Positions 37,119-49,130 of a DNA stretch of 64,000 nt are shown piece after piece. The translations under genes were made by a program, and so were the position numbers. Source of the DNA: Squalus acanthias. Lineage: Eukaryota. A model generated the notes under the pieces. It saw nothing but the letters and a program-made list of their open reading frames with translations, was not told where the DNA came from and searched no databases. Position 1 is the first letter of the stretch. Each line of letters starts with the position of its first letter. Location: positions 1,178,001 through 1,242,000 of the forward strand of contig JASTWF010000035.1 of assembly GCA_030390025.1 (NCBI GenBank), given 5' to 3'.

Positions 37119-39915
37119 TGTAGGGGGTGGTGGTTTGTGTCAGCTTTACCTCTGACTTCTGAGCGGTTCGAATCGCTCCCACTCCCTTGGTTCTAGACCT
37201 TGGACTTATTTGGGGGTTGTGATAAAAAGGTGCAGCAGATAACTGAGTTTGATGAAAGAACTTCAATCTTTATTAAAAGGTAAGACACAAATAATAACAC
37301 TCTTAACACTCTAAAGGTGGGGAACACTTCGGTACAAGCGAGGGAAATGACAGTAGAACAATACTTCGCCCCTCCCAACCCCACTTTACTAGTTAAGTTA
37401 GGTTTTGAAGGACCAGGGATAATGCTCACCAATCCTTTGACAGTTGGGCTAAATCACGGTTTTGGGGTTCGTTGTTTATGGCGGTTAGTGTCTGCCGTAC
37501 CCCGTATGCAGTAGAGGACTTCACCTGCGTCTCTGGTCAGTCTTCGCGAGTCCGCTGATGCAGTAGGGTGCGTTTTGGATCTATCAGGTGAGTACCCAAT
37601 TTCCTTTGGTTAGGAGTAGGGTTTAGAGTCTTTTGGTAGAAATCTTACCCAGGGGTAAGTCAGGAGTAGTTTGTAGTGTGGAAACTTTGTGGTTCTTCGG
37701 GTTTTCTTTCCTTGAGTTGGTCTTTGTTGGTCGCGGTGGCCTGCTATTACCCGGTCAGTTGGGGGTAATGTGCGGTTGTTGGTTTCGTGAGGCCTTTGGT
37801 TTCCGCGATGGCTTTAGGCCTTGCCTAGTGTGTCGGTTGACCTTGTGGAGCCGTCGATGTCTTCTTGCTGCTTGTTGCTCCGGGTGACTGTGTTGGGACC
37901 GTTGTTGGAGGTCCGTTGAGGTGGTATCTTACATACATAGATACATAGATACATAGAAGATAGGAGCAGGAGTAGGCCATCCGGCCCTTCGAGCCTGCTC
38001 CGCCATTTAAGGAGATCATGGCTGATCCTCCAATTCAGTATCCCGTCCCCGCCTTCTCTCCGTAACCCTTAACCCCTTTTGCCTGTAGAAATACATCTAA
38101 TTCCCTCTTAAATATATTTAATGAGCTGGCGTACACTGCCCTCTGTGGCAATGAGTTCCATAGGTTCACCACCCTCTGAGTGAAGAAATTCCCCCTCATT
38201 TCTGTCCTAAATGGTTTAGCCCTTATCCTTAAATTATGTCCTCTAGTTCTGTTCTCACCCGCCAAGGGAAACATTCCTTCTGCATCTAGTCTGTCTAGAC
38301 CTGTCAGAATTTTATACACTTCTATGAGGTCCCCTCTCAATCTTCTAAACTCCAGTGTGTACATCCCTAAACTACATAGTCTCTCCTCATAGGTCAATCC
38401 CGCCATTCCTGGTATCAGCCTGGTGAATCGCCGCTGCACCCCCTCCATGGCAAGAACATCTTTCCTCAGATGAGGCGACCAAAACTGTACACAGTACTCG
38501 AGGTGTGGTCTCACCAGTGCCCTGTACAGCTGCAGCAAGGTATCCCTGTTCCTGTATTCCAACCCTTTTGCTATGAAGGACAGCATACCGTTTGCCTTCT
38601 TGATCGCCTGTTGCACCTGCATGCTCGCCTTCAGTGACTGGTGTACAAGAACACCCAGGTCTCTCTGTACTTCCCCCTCTCCCAATTTATTGCCATTTAA
38701 ATAATAATTTGCCCTCCCGTTCCTGCACCCAAGGTGGATAACTTCGCACTTGTCCACATTATAGTGCATCTGCCATTTATCCGCCCAATCACCCAGTCTG
38801 TCCAAATCGCTCTGGAGCTTCCTGGTCTCCTCCTCTGAGCCCACCCCCCCTCCTAGTTTAGTGTCGTCTGCAAATTTGGAAATGCTGCATCCGACTCCCT
38901 GATCCAGGTCATTAATGTAAATTGTGAACAGCTGGGGACCCAGGACAGATCCCTGTGGTACCCCACTTGTTACTGCCTGCCATTCAGAAAATGAGCCGTT
39001 TATTCCAACTCTCTGTTTTCTATCTGACAGCCAGTTCTCTATCCACGTCAATACTTTCCCTTTTATCCCATGAGCTTCAATTTTCCCTGCTAATCTTTTA
39101 TGTGGGACCTTATCGAAGGCCTTTTGGAAGTCCAGGTACACCACATCTACTGGCTCTCCCCCATCTATTTTACCAGTTACTCCCTCAAAAAATTCCAATC
39201 TTCACGGGCTGGACTCAGGTGTGTCTGAGTGGTGAGCGATGCCGACTCGCTTCCAGCTCGGTTTGCCTTCTTCCTGGTTTCTTCTTCTTCTGATAACCAC
39301 CGGTTGCGACTGACTGCCCTTGAACTGCTTAATGGGCCTTCAATTATACTAAATTGAAGTGGCCTTATCTACCCGCCAAATCTACTCAGTTCATTGTCTG
39401 GTTTTGGCGGGCCTGTTACCAGTAACTGCTCTGTAAGTGTCAAATGGGTTTTGGGATGGTTTGCGTCCTGTCGATCTCCTTGGCTGATCACTGATGATTG
39501 GTTTCGTGTTTTGGTTTCTAGGCTGGACTCGGTCTTTTCTATAGAATGGTCCTGAGTGATTTGTATTATGATTTCTGATGGGCCCTGTAATCGGTTTGAT
39601 GGGGCCTGTTATTTTGGGTGGGACTGTCTTTTCCCAGGGTCTATTGTTCAAATGTTAATGTCTGCTGGGGCTTGAGTGAGGTCATCCTGGTTCCCCAGAC
39701 AGTGTAATTAACTGCAATAACCAAACTGCTTTTACAGAGGTCGAACCCTCCTCCTTGTCCCTTGACAGGCCCAGACATAGTTTTAAAAATGCCAAACTTG
39801 GTTTTTGGTCTTAAATTCCTTAGGTTAGGCCCAAATGCATTTTTATCACTCTGAGGTAGTTCCAAAGACCTTTTTCCTTAGGTTTTGGGGATCTGCAAAT
39901 TTTGGAAACCTTACA
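37119..39915 (-). mobile_element. Solo LTR (~1.5 kb net) with a nested CR1
   Basis: TGTAGG...CCTTACA termini with gtga TSD (37115-37118 / 39916-39919). The empty site can be reconstructed from Harbinger B copy 2. AATAAA on - near 37270. Confidence 0.8.
37931..39197 (-). mobile_element. Young 5'-truncated CR1 nested in the solo LTR
   Basis: Open RT ORF 38035-39198, (TATCTATG)n tail and flanking atctt direct repeat. Near-identical to 61635-62898. Confidence 0.95.
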
Positions 39916-40892
39916 GTGAGCCTTGTTGAGAGCTCCGTTTTTATGCTGGAGCTGCAGCTGTCAAGAAGTCAGTCACTTGGTCAACCCGGCACAATCATCT
40001 GCCGTGGTTTGGGAACGGCGTGGAACACACTGAAAATGTGGAAAAATCAAAAACCGCTGTCAAAATAGCATTATCCAGGCAGTTAACAATCTGCTAACTG
40101 CCTTAAGGGCGGCAGGACCAATCAGGAGTCAAGGCCCACATTTGGGAAAGTTGCGCGGAGGCGGGTTGACGGCAGGATCGGAACCCGCCATCAATATTTG
40201 CGATTTTACCATCTGATCCGCCCCCAAACCTGCCCTCTGAGCGCTGGCAAAATCGCGGCCAAAGTATTTGTTTAATTTCTCTGCCATTTCCTTATTCCCC
40301 ATTATAATTTCTCCTGTCTCAGCCTGTAAGGGACCCACATTTACTTTGGCTAATCTTTTCCTTTTTACATACCTATAGAAGCTTTTACAGTCTGTTTTTA
40401 TGTCTCTCGCTAGTTTACTCTCATATTCTAATGTCCCTTTATTTATCAATTTCTTGATCCTCCTTTGCTGAATTCTAAAATCCTCCCAATCCTCAGGCTT
40501 ACTACTCTTTTTGGTAATATTATAAGCCTCTTCCTTTGATCTAATACTATCTTTAACTTCTCATGTTAGCCACGGTTGGACCACTTTTCCTGTGGGGTTT
40601 TCTTGCCTTAAAGGAATGTATATTTGTCATAAATTACGTATTAATTCTTTATTAATGCTCGTCTACCATCATACCTTTTAATGTAGTTTCCCAATCTACC
40701 TTAGCCAACTCGCCCCACATACCTAGGTAGTTTGCTTTGTTTAGATTTGAGACCCTAGTTTCGGATTTAACTAAATCACTTTCAAACTCAATATAAAATG
40801 CTATCATATTATGGTCACTCTTCCCTAATGGCCCCTTTACTACAAGGTTATTAATTTACTCTTCCTCATTGCACAATACTAGATCTAAAATA

Positions 40893-41729
40893 AAAACAGA
40901 AAATGCTGGAGATACTCAGCAGGTCAGGCAGCATCTGTGAAGAGAGAAACAGAGTTAATGTTTCAGGTCGATGACCTTTCGTCAGAACTGGAAAAAAGCA
41001 GGAAATGGAACAGATGCTCACGATGTGGTCACCTCAACACTGGGGAGACCAAACACAGTTTGGGTGACCGCTTTGTGGAACACCTCCGTTCAGTCCGTAA
41101 GGCGGACCCCGAGCTTCCGGTCGCCTGTCTCTTTAATTCTCCACTCCACTCCCACTCAGACCTCACCGTCCTCGGCCTCTTGCATTGTTCCACTGAAGCT
41201 CAGCATAAGCTTGAGGAACAGCACCTCATCTTTCAATTAGGCACTTTACAGCCTTCTGGACTCAACATTGAGTTCAACAATTTCAGATCATAACCTCGGC
41301 CCCTATCATATAAATATATTTTATCCACACTTTTTGTTTGTGCCTTCCATCTTCTCTCCCACATGGCAGCTGTCTTTCATTCTGCCAGCGCAATTTACAC
41401 TTCATCTAGAGCCATCCTTTGTTTCTTAAGCTGTCCCATTACCATCTCCTTTTGCCTTGAAAATCTCTTAATGTCTCTTAACCTCTCCTGCCTTCTACCC
41501 TATCACAGACCTTCCCTTTTGTTCTTTCATCCCCTCCCCCCTTTCCCAGCCCCTACACTTGCTTAAAAATCTGTTCCATTTCCTGCTTTTTTCCAGTTCT
41601 GACGAAAGGTCATCGACCTGAAACATTAACTCTGTTTCTCTCTTCACAGATGCTGCCTGACCTGCTGAGTATCTCCAGCATTTTCTGTTTTTATTTCAGA
41701 TTTCCAGCATCTGCAGTATTTTCTTATTG
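40893..41729 (+). mobile_element. Truncated Penelope-like element: inverted pseudo-LTR + GIY-YIG C-terminus + pseudo-LTR
   Basis: RCSRCG...GETK..LGDRF.EH...PVA..FN...EEQHLIF.LGTLQP.GLN. About 100-bp inverted repeats at 40893-40996 / 41589-41692, and TSD tact(a/g)gatctaaaata. Confidence 0.88.
41599..41638 (+). ncRNA. Minimal hammerhead-ribozyme-like core in the Penelope terminal repeat
   Basis: CTGACGA-a-AGGTC-atc-GACCT-GAAAC followed by ...TGTT. An inverted copy lies at ~40947-40986. Confidence 0.6.
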
Positions 41730-42122
41730 TACTGGATCTAAAATAGCCTGTTTGGTTCCTCAACATACTGATCTAGAAAACTATCTTGCATACATTCCAT
41801 GAATTCATCCTCCACACTATTACTGCAAATTTGCTTTGCCCAGTCTATATGTAGATTAAAGTCCCCCATGATTACTGTATTACCCTTGTGACATGCGCCT
41901 CTAATTTTCTGATTTACACTCTGCCCTACATTACAACTACTGTTTGGGGGCCTATAAACAACTCCCACCAATGTTTTCTGCCCCTTGCTGTTTCTTAGTT
42001 CCACCCAAACTGATTCTACTTCTTAATTTTCGGAGCTAAGATCCTTTCTCTACTATCTTTATCCCATCCTTTATTATCAGGTCTTCCCCTCCTCCTTTTC
42101 CATTTTGCCTATCTCTTCTAAA

Positions 42123-42922
42123 AGGGCATATAATTGGCAAATGAAGTTCAACGCAGATAAATATGAGGTATTACATTTTGGTAGGAAGAATAGGGAGGTC
42201 ACATCACTTGGAGGGTGTAAGTCTAGGTGGGGTAGAGGAACAAAGGGATCTCAGAGTACAAATACACAAATCACTAAAAGTTGCGACACAGTTTAGCAAG
42301 GCCATAAAAAAGCAAACCAAGCACTAGGGTTTATTTCTAGACGGATAGAATTCTAAAGTAGGGCAGTTATGCTAAACCTGTATCGAACCTTGGTTAGACC
42401 ACACTTAGAGAACTCCGTACAGTTCTGGTCACCATGTTATAAAAAGGTTATAGAGGCACTGGAGAGGGTGCAGTGAAGATTTACAAGGATGATACCAGAA
42501 ATGCGAGGGTATACATTTCAGGAAAGGATGAACAGGCTGGGTCTCTTTTCTCTTGAAAAAAGAAGGCTGAGGGGTGACCTAATAGAGGTCTTTAAAATTA
42601 TGAACATTTTTGATAAAGTGGATACAGAGAAAATGTTTCCACTTGTGGGGAACAGCAAAACTAGAGGCCATCAATATAAGATAGTCACCAAGAAATGAAA
42701 TAGGGAATTCAGAAGAAACTTCTTTACCCAAAGAGTGGTGAGAATATGGAACTCGCTACCACAGGGAGAGGTTGAAGCGAATAGTATAGATGCATTTAAG
42801 GGGAGGTTAGACAAGCATATGAGGGAAAGGGGAATAGAGGGTTATGCTGATAGATTTAGATGAGGAAAGACGGGAGGAGGCTCGTGTGGAGCATAAGCGC
42901 CGGCATGGACGGGTTGGGCCGA
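42123..42922 (+). mobile_element. Degenerate CR1 3' fragment
   Basis: ORFs 42105-42296 and 42489-42698 are RT C-terminus pieces with stops. Confidence 0.85.
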
Positions 42923-45900
42923 ATGTCTCGGAGCGGCTACAGAACATTTTGGAGGGGTAGGGCGAACAGCCAGCTGTCGTGGTGCACATCGGCACCAACG
43001 ATATAGGTAAAAAAGGGGATGAGGTCCTAAAAGCAGAATATAGGGAGTTAGGAGATAAATTAGAAAATAGGACCTCAAAGGTAGTAATCTCAGGATTGCT
43101 ACCAGTGCCACGTGCTAATCAGAGTAGAAATAGGAGGATATTTCAAATGAATACGTGGCTAGAGGAATGGTGCAAGGGGGAGGGATTCAAATTCCTGGGA
43201 CATTGGAACCGGTTCTGGGGGAGGTGGGACCAGTACAAACCGGACGGTCTGCACCTGGGCAGGGCCGGGACCGCTGTCCTAGGGGGAGTGTTTGCTAGTG
43301 CTCTGGGGGAGGGTTTAAACTAAAGTGGCAGGGGGTTGGGCACCTGAGCAGGGAGACAGAGGAAAGTGTGTCAGGAAGGGACAGAAGGTATGGAGTAAAA
43401 GGTAAAGTGTTAAAAAAGGAAAAAGCAGGAACTAAGTGTCACAAAACATATTTGAAAGTTCTTTATCTGAATGCACGTAGCATTCGTAACAAAATGGACG
43501 AGTTAACGGCACAAATAACTACGTATGGGTATGATCTTGTGGCCATTACAGAAACATGGCTGCAGGGTGACGACGACTGGGAATTAAATATGCCAGGGTA
43601 TTTAACAATCAGGAAGGACAGGCAGGAAGGAAGGGGAGGTGGGGTGGCTATGTTAATAAAGGAAGGAATCACTGTAATACAGAGAAATGATATTGGGTCA
43701 AAGGATCAGGATAATGAAACAGTTTGGGTGGAGATAAGGAATAATAAGGGGAAAAAAACACTAGTGGGAGTAGTATATAGGCCTCCTAATAGTTGCAACT
43801 CTGCTGGAAGAAGTATTAATCAGGAAATAGTTGGGGCATGTAATAAGGGAACAGCTATAATTATGGGGGATTTTAACTATCATATTAACTGGACAAATCA
43901 AATTGGGCAGGGCAGCCTTGAGGAAGAGTTTATTGAGTGTATTAGGGATGGATTTCTTGAGCAGTATGTAACTGATCCTACAAGGGGGCAAGCAACCTTG
44001 GACCTGGTCCTCTGTAATGAGTCAGGATTAATTAATAATGTCCTAGTTAAGGATCCCCTTGGAATGAGTGACCATAACATGGTTGAATTCCATATCCAAT
44101 TAGAGGGTGAGAAGGTTGGTTCTCAAACAAGCGTACTGAGCTTGAATAAAGGAGACTATGATGGTATGAGAGCGGAATTGATTAAAGTGGACTGGGAAAA
44201 TAGATTAAAGGGTAAGACGGTACATGAGCAGTGGTGTTCATTTAAGGAGTTATTTTACAACTTTCAAAAAATATATATTCCACTGAGGAAAAAAGGGTGT
44301 AAAAGAAATGACAGCCATCCGTGGCTAAGTAAAGAAATTAAGGATAGTATCCGACTAAAAACAAGGACATATAAGGTAGCCAAACTTAGTGGGAGGATAG
44401 AAGATTGGGAAGTCTTCAAAAGACAGCAAAAAGTAACTAAAGGATTGATTAAGAAAGGGAAGATAGATTATGAAAATAAATTAGCAAAAAATATAAAAAC
44501 AGATAGCAAGAGTTTCTATAGTTATATAAAAAGAAAAAGGGTGGCTAAGGCAAACGTAGGTCCCTTAGAGGATGAGACCGGGAAATTAATGGTGGGAAAC
44601 ATGGAGATGGCAAAAATGCTGAACAAATATTTTGTTTCAGTCTTTACGGTAGAGGACACTAAGAATATCCCAACACTGGACAAACAGGGGGCTCTAGGGG
44701 GGGAGGAGCTAAATACGATTAAAATCACTAAGGAATTGGTACTCAGTAAAATAATGGGACTCAAGGCGGATAAATCCCCTGGACCTGATGGCTTACATCC
44801 TAGGGTCTTGAGGGAAGTGGCAGTAGGGATTGTGGATGCTTTGGTAATAATTTTCCAACATTCCCTGGACTCAGCAAAGGTCCCGGCAGATTGGAAAACT
44901 GCTAATGTAACACCCTTATTTAAAAAGGGTAGTAGGCAGAAGGCTGGAAATTATAAACCAGTTAGCCTAATATCTGTGGTGGGTAAAATTTTGGAGTCTA
45001 TTATTAAGGAGACAGTAACGGAACATTTAGATAAACATAATTTAATAGGACAAAGTCAGCATGGCTTTATGAAGGGGAAGTCATGTCTGACAAATTTGCT
45101 TGAGTTCTTTGAGGACATAACGTACAGGGTGGATAAAGGGGAACCAGTGGACGTAGTGTATTTAGACTTCCAGAAGGCATTCGACAAGGTGCCACATAAA
45201 AGATTATTGCTCAAGATAAAAAATCACTGGATTGGGGGTAATATTCTGGCATGGGTGGAGGATTGGTTATCTAACAGGAAGCAGAGAGTTGGGATAAATG
45301 GTTCATTCTCGGACTGGCAACCAGTAGCCAGTGGTGTTCCGCAGGGGTCGGTGCTGGGTCCCCAACTCTTTACAATCTATATTAACGATTTGGAGGAGGG
45401 GACCGAGTGTAACATATCAAAGTTTGCAGATGATACAAGGATGGGAGAGAAAGTAGAAAGTGAGGAGGACATAAAAAACCTACAAGGGGATATAGACAGG
45501 CTGGGTGAGTGGGCGGAGATTTGGCAGATGCAATACAATATTGGAAAATGTGAGGTTATGCACTTTTGCAGGAAAAATCAGAGAGCAAGTGTAAGAGGTT
45601 TTTGTCTCGGGCTTATTTGTAGGTCAGCCAGTTATGTTTTCCTGGACTGTCCTGCCCGCTGTGCGGTTGCGAATCGCTATCCCCTTATTAGTTCTGAGCC
45701 CAGGACTTATCGAGCGGCGATAATGACAATCGAACAGACCCGTGGATTGGTGCGAGGAAAACCAATGTTTATTTAACAGAGATGAAACATAACATGTCAA
45801 TCTTAACTTCGGTATAAACGAGGGAAATGACAGTAGAACAATACCTCACCCCTCCCAACCCCACTTTACTAGCTAAGTTAGACTCTTGAGGACCAGGGAT

Positions 45901-47613
45901 AATGCTCACCAAACGAATCCTTTGACAGTTGAGATATGGTTTAAAGTCCTTTTAAGTAAAAAGTTTCATAAGGCCCTTGTGCCTCGAGGTGTTTGATGGT
46001 CACTGGAACCGTTGCTCTGGTTTCTTGCGTGTCGGTCTGTTTCTGGAGCTGCTGGCCTTCTTTGTTGAACGGTCTTGTTTCTCTTGAACTGTGTACTGGA
46101 GAACTCCTGTGCTTCAGCTGTCCTGCTTGTAGCCTATCTGTGTAGAACTCCTGCTTGTTCCAGTCTAAAGTTATACTGTTCGATTGTTCCTTATTTGCCC
46201 GCCAAATCTTCCCAGTGCTTTGTTTAATTCTGATGGGCTCGTTAAGGTCGTTAACTTTAATGGCAGGAGATGGCCTTTACCGATATTAAATATTTGTTAA
46301 GTGGAGGATGATTGCTGGTCTGATGGTTGTTCATTTGTGTTGCCTTTACTTCTTTGTATAAATGCTAAACAGTTTGATGGGACTGGAGATAGGTCGAATA
46401 TACAACATTGTCTGTAGAGGCCAGCCCTGCCTCCTTTGGCAGCCTCTGAGGTCTGTTTAAAAATGTTTTAAAATGTCCCAGATCCAATATACTCAATTGG
46501 TTTTAAAATGTCCAAAGCCCCTTTTTCTTAGGGTCTCTCTCTTTTCCTCTGAGTCTTTTGGGGGTCTGGGAATTTCGCAACTCTCTTACAGACCTGGGCA
46601 TGTCACCTGGCCTGCTGTTTTTGCAGGGCCCTGGTTTCTGTTCAATGTCGCAGGCTTCTGCCATGAGGTCTAGAAGCCACTTTGTCCAGGGTACCCCTCA
46701 TTAATAACTCTGGGGAATGTGGGAATTTTGAGAACCCTACAGCAAGTTATTATCTTAATGGCGAGAAACTGGAAAGTACTGCAGTACAAAGGGATCTGGG
46801 GGTCCTAGTGCAAGAAAATCAAAAAGTTAGTATGCAGGTGCAGCAGGTGATCAAGAAGGCCAATGGAATGTTGGCTTTTATTGCTAGGGGGATAGATTAT
46901 AAAAACAGGGAGGTATTGCTGCAGTTATATAAGGTATTGGTGAGACCGCACCTGGAATACTGCATACAGTTTTGGTGTCCATACTTAAGAAAAGACATAC
47001 CTGCTCTCGAGGCAGTACAAAGAAGGTTCACTCGGTTAATCCCGGGGATGAGGGGGTGGACATATGAGGAGAGGTTGAGAAGATTGGGACTCTACTCATT
47101 GGAGTTCAGAAGAATGAGAGGCGATCTTATTGAAACATATAAGATTGTGAAGGGGCTTGATCGGGTGGATGCGGTAAGGATGTTCCCAAGGATGGGTGAA
47201 ACTAGAACTAGGGGGCATAATCTTAGAATAAGGGGCTGCTCTTTCAAAACTGAGATGAGGAGAAACTTCTTCACTCAGAGGGTAGTAGGTCTGTGGAATT
47301 TGCTGCCCCAGGAAGCTGTGGAAGCTACATCATTAAATAAATTTAAAACAGAAATAGACAGTTTCCTAGAAGTAAAGGGAATTAGGGGTTACGGGGAGCG
47401 GGCAGGAAATTGGACATGAGGCTGAGTTTGGATCGGTCAAGGCCCTGTGGGTGGCGGAGCGGGCCCAGGGGCTGAGTGGCCTGGTCCTGCTCCTACTTCT
47501 TGTGTTCCTTAGATTTGAGGTTAGGATCAGATCAGCCATGATCTTATTGAATGGCGGAGCAGGCTCGAGGGGCCGATTGGCCTACTCCTGCTCCTATTTC
47601 TTATGTTCTTATG
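42923..47613 (+). mobile_element. Young CR1 (ORF1 3' part + ORF2), ORF2 broken only by a solo LTR
   Basis: ORF1 end 42979-43323. ORF2 43368-45589 rejoins 46747-47419 in frame (NQRAS|YYLNG). The 3' end is doubled. Confidence 0.95.
45590..46741 (-). mobile_element. Solo LTR, 1152 bp
   Basis: TGTAAG...CCTACA termini with 5-bp TSD gcaag (45585-45589 / 46742-46746). AATAAA on - near 45770 and TATA-like motif on - near 46175. Confidence 0.9.
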
Positions 47614-47729
47614 AATGGCCTGTTTCTGTGCCGTATATCCTATGTAATCCTATGGAAGTTAAGTATCCTGGAATATTTAGTTCCCGCCCTTTGCAACCAC
47701 GTCTCCGTTATGGCTTTTCATAGAGTCAT

Positions 47730-48285
47730 AGGGCTGGATTTTGTGAATGGAGGCGAGTTGGAGACGGGACAGCTGCTTGTCGTGTCAATGTCCTGCCTCC
47801 ATCCTCACCTGACCAACCAGAGGGATTTTCCCCTGATTGAGCTTGTTAAGCCCGCCCTGCGGGCTCAGCAGGCCAATTAGGGGGGAAGTCACTGACAGAT
47901 CACGTCAACATCAGACGTGCTATCTGTCAAGACTTCTTGAAAGAAGAAACTTCTGCGTTTGACAGCTCTGTGAAGCTGTCAAATACTGACATTCTGCAAC
48001 TCCTCCCCCTCATCAAAGGAGGCTATGCGCTGAGCCACTTGTTCCTCAGGCAGCGGTAAGCCATGCTGCTGTGTGATGTTGTGCAGTGCACAGCAGACCA
48101 TGATGATTCTGGAGACTCTGGCTGCTGAGTACTCTAAGGCTCCACCTGATCTGTCAAGGCATCTGAATCGCATCTTGAGCAAGCCAATGATTTGCTCGAT
48201 GATGGATCTGGTCGAACTGTGGCTGGCATTGTAGCGCTCCTCAGCTTCGTTCGATGGCCTCCTCGACGGCGTCATCAGCCACGTC
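47730..48285. mobile_element. Harbinger end plus transposase C-terminal fragment
   Basis: gggctggatttt TIR at ~47730, inverted-homologous to 54200-54350. ORF 47979-48275(-) contains [16 protein letters not shown]. Confidence 0.75.
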
Positions 48286-49130
48286 TTCAGGGGATAGCCA
48301 ACATACCATTTGCCTTCTTAACCGCCTGCTGCACCTGCATGCTTACCTTCAACGACTGGTGCACAAGGACTCCCAGGTCTCGTTGCACTTCCCCTTTTCC
48401 CAATCTATTGCCATTCAGATAATAATCTGGTGGTGGTGAGCTGCCTTCTTGAATACAACTGAATGGCTTGCTAGGCCACTTCAGAGGGTATCATTGCTGT
48501 GGGTCTGGACTCATATATAGGCCAGACTGAGTAAGGACAGAAAATTTTCTTCCCTAAAGCACATTAGTGAACCAGTTGGTTTTTTACAACGATTGGTAGT
48601 TTCATGGTCACCATTACTGACGCCAGCTTTTTATTCCAGATTTATTTAATTAACTGAATTTAAATTCCCCAGTTGCTGTGGTGGAATTTGAACTCATGGG
48701 GGCGATTTTTCCAGCCCCGAGGATGCGGGTTTCATGGCTGCGATTCGGTCCTGCCTCCATCAGTCGGGAGAGGCAGTTAAGACCCTTAACAAGTGGATAA
48801 GGGCCTCTATAATCCTATTTTGCCAGGCCTTTGTTATTTTGCCACATTTTCAGCGTGTTGCACGACCCTCCTAAACCACGCCAGCTGATCCCGGCGGGTT
48901 GACAAGTGGGTGGCCTCCTCACAGCTGCAGCTCCACCATTAAAACGGAGCTTTCAACAGGGATCAGTTACAGGTGGCAGAACTTTTGTTGCACAGGTCTT
49001 TCAGCACTTTTAGCAGGCCTACCGAAGTCAGAGGTGCTGCAGCTTCTATCTCTCAACTGTGGGACCTCCTTGGAAAACCCTCTCCCTGCTTGGACTGAGC
49101 GCTTCTCCAAAGGAGGTATCTGCCAGCAGC

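Larger units (their letters stand above)
34722..40260. mobile_element. Harbinger family B copy 1 (Myb 3' exon +, transposase -, right TIR), interrupted by a solo LTR
   Basis: Reverse-complement homolog of 48698-52060; TIR-like aaaatcgcggcc ends at 40260. Confidence 0.85.
40261..42122 (-). mobile_element. CR1 ORF2 EN/linker fragment hosting a Penelope insertion
   Basis: ORFs 41738-42004 and 40129-40449. Confidence 0.85.
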
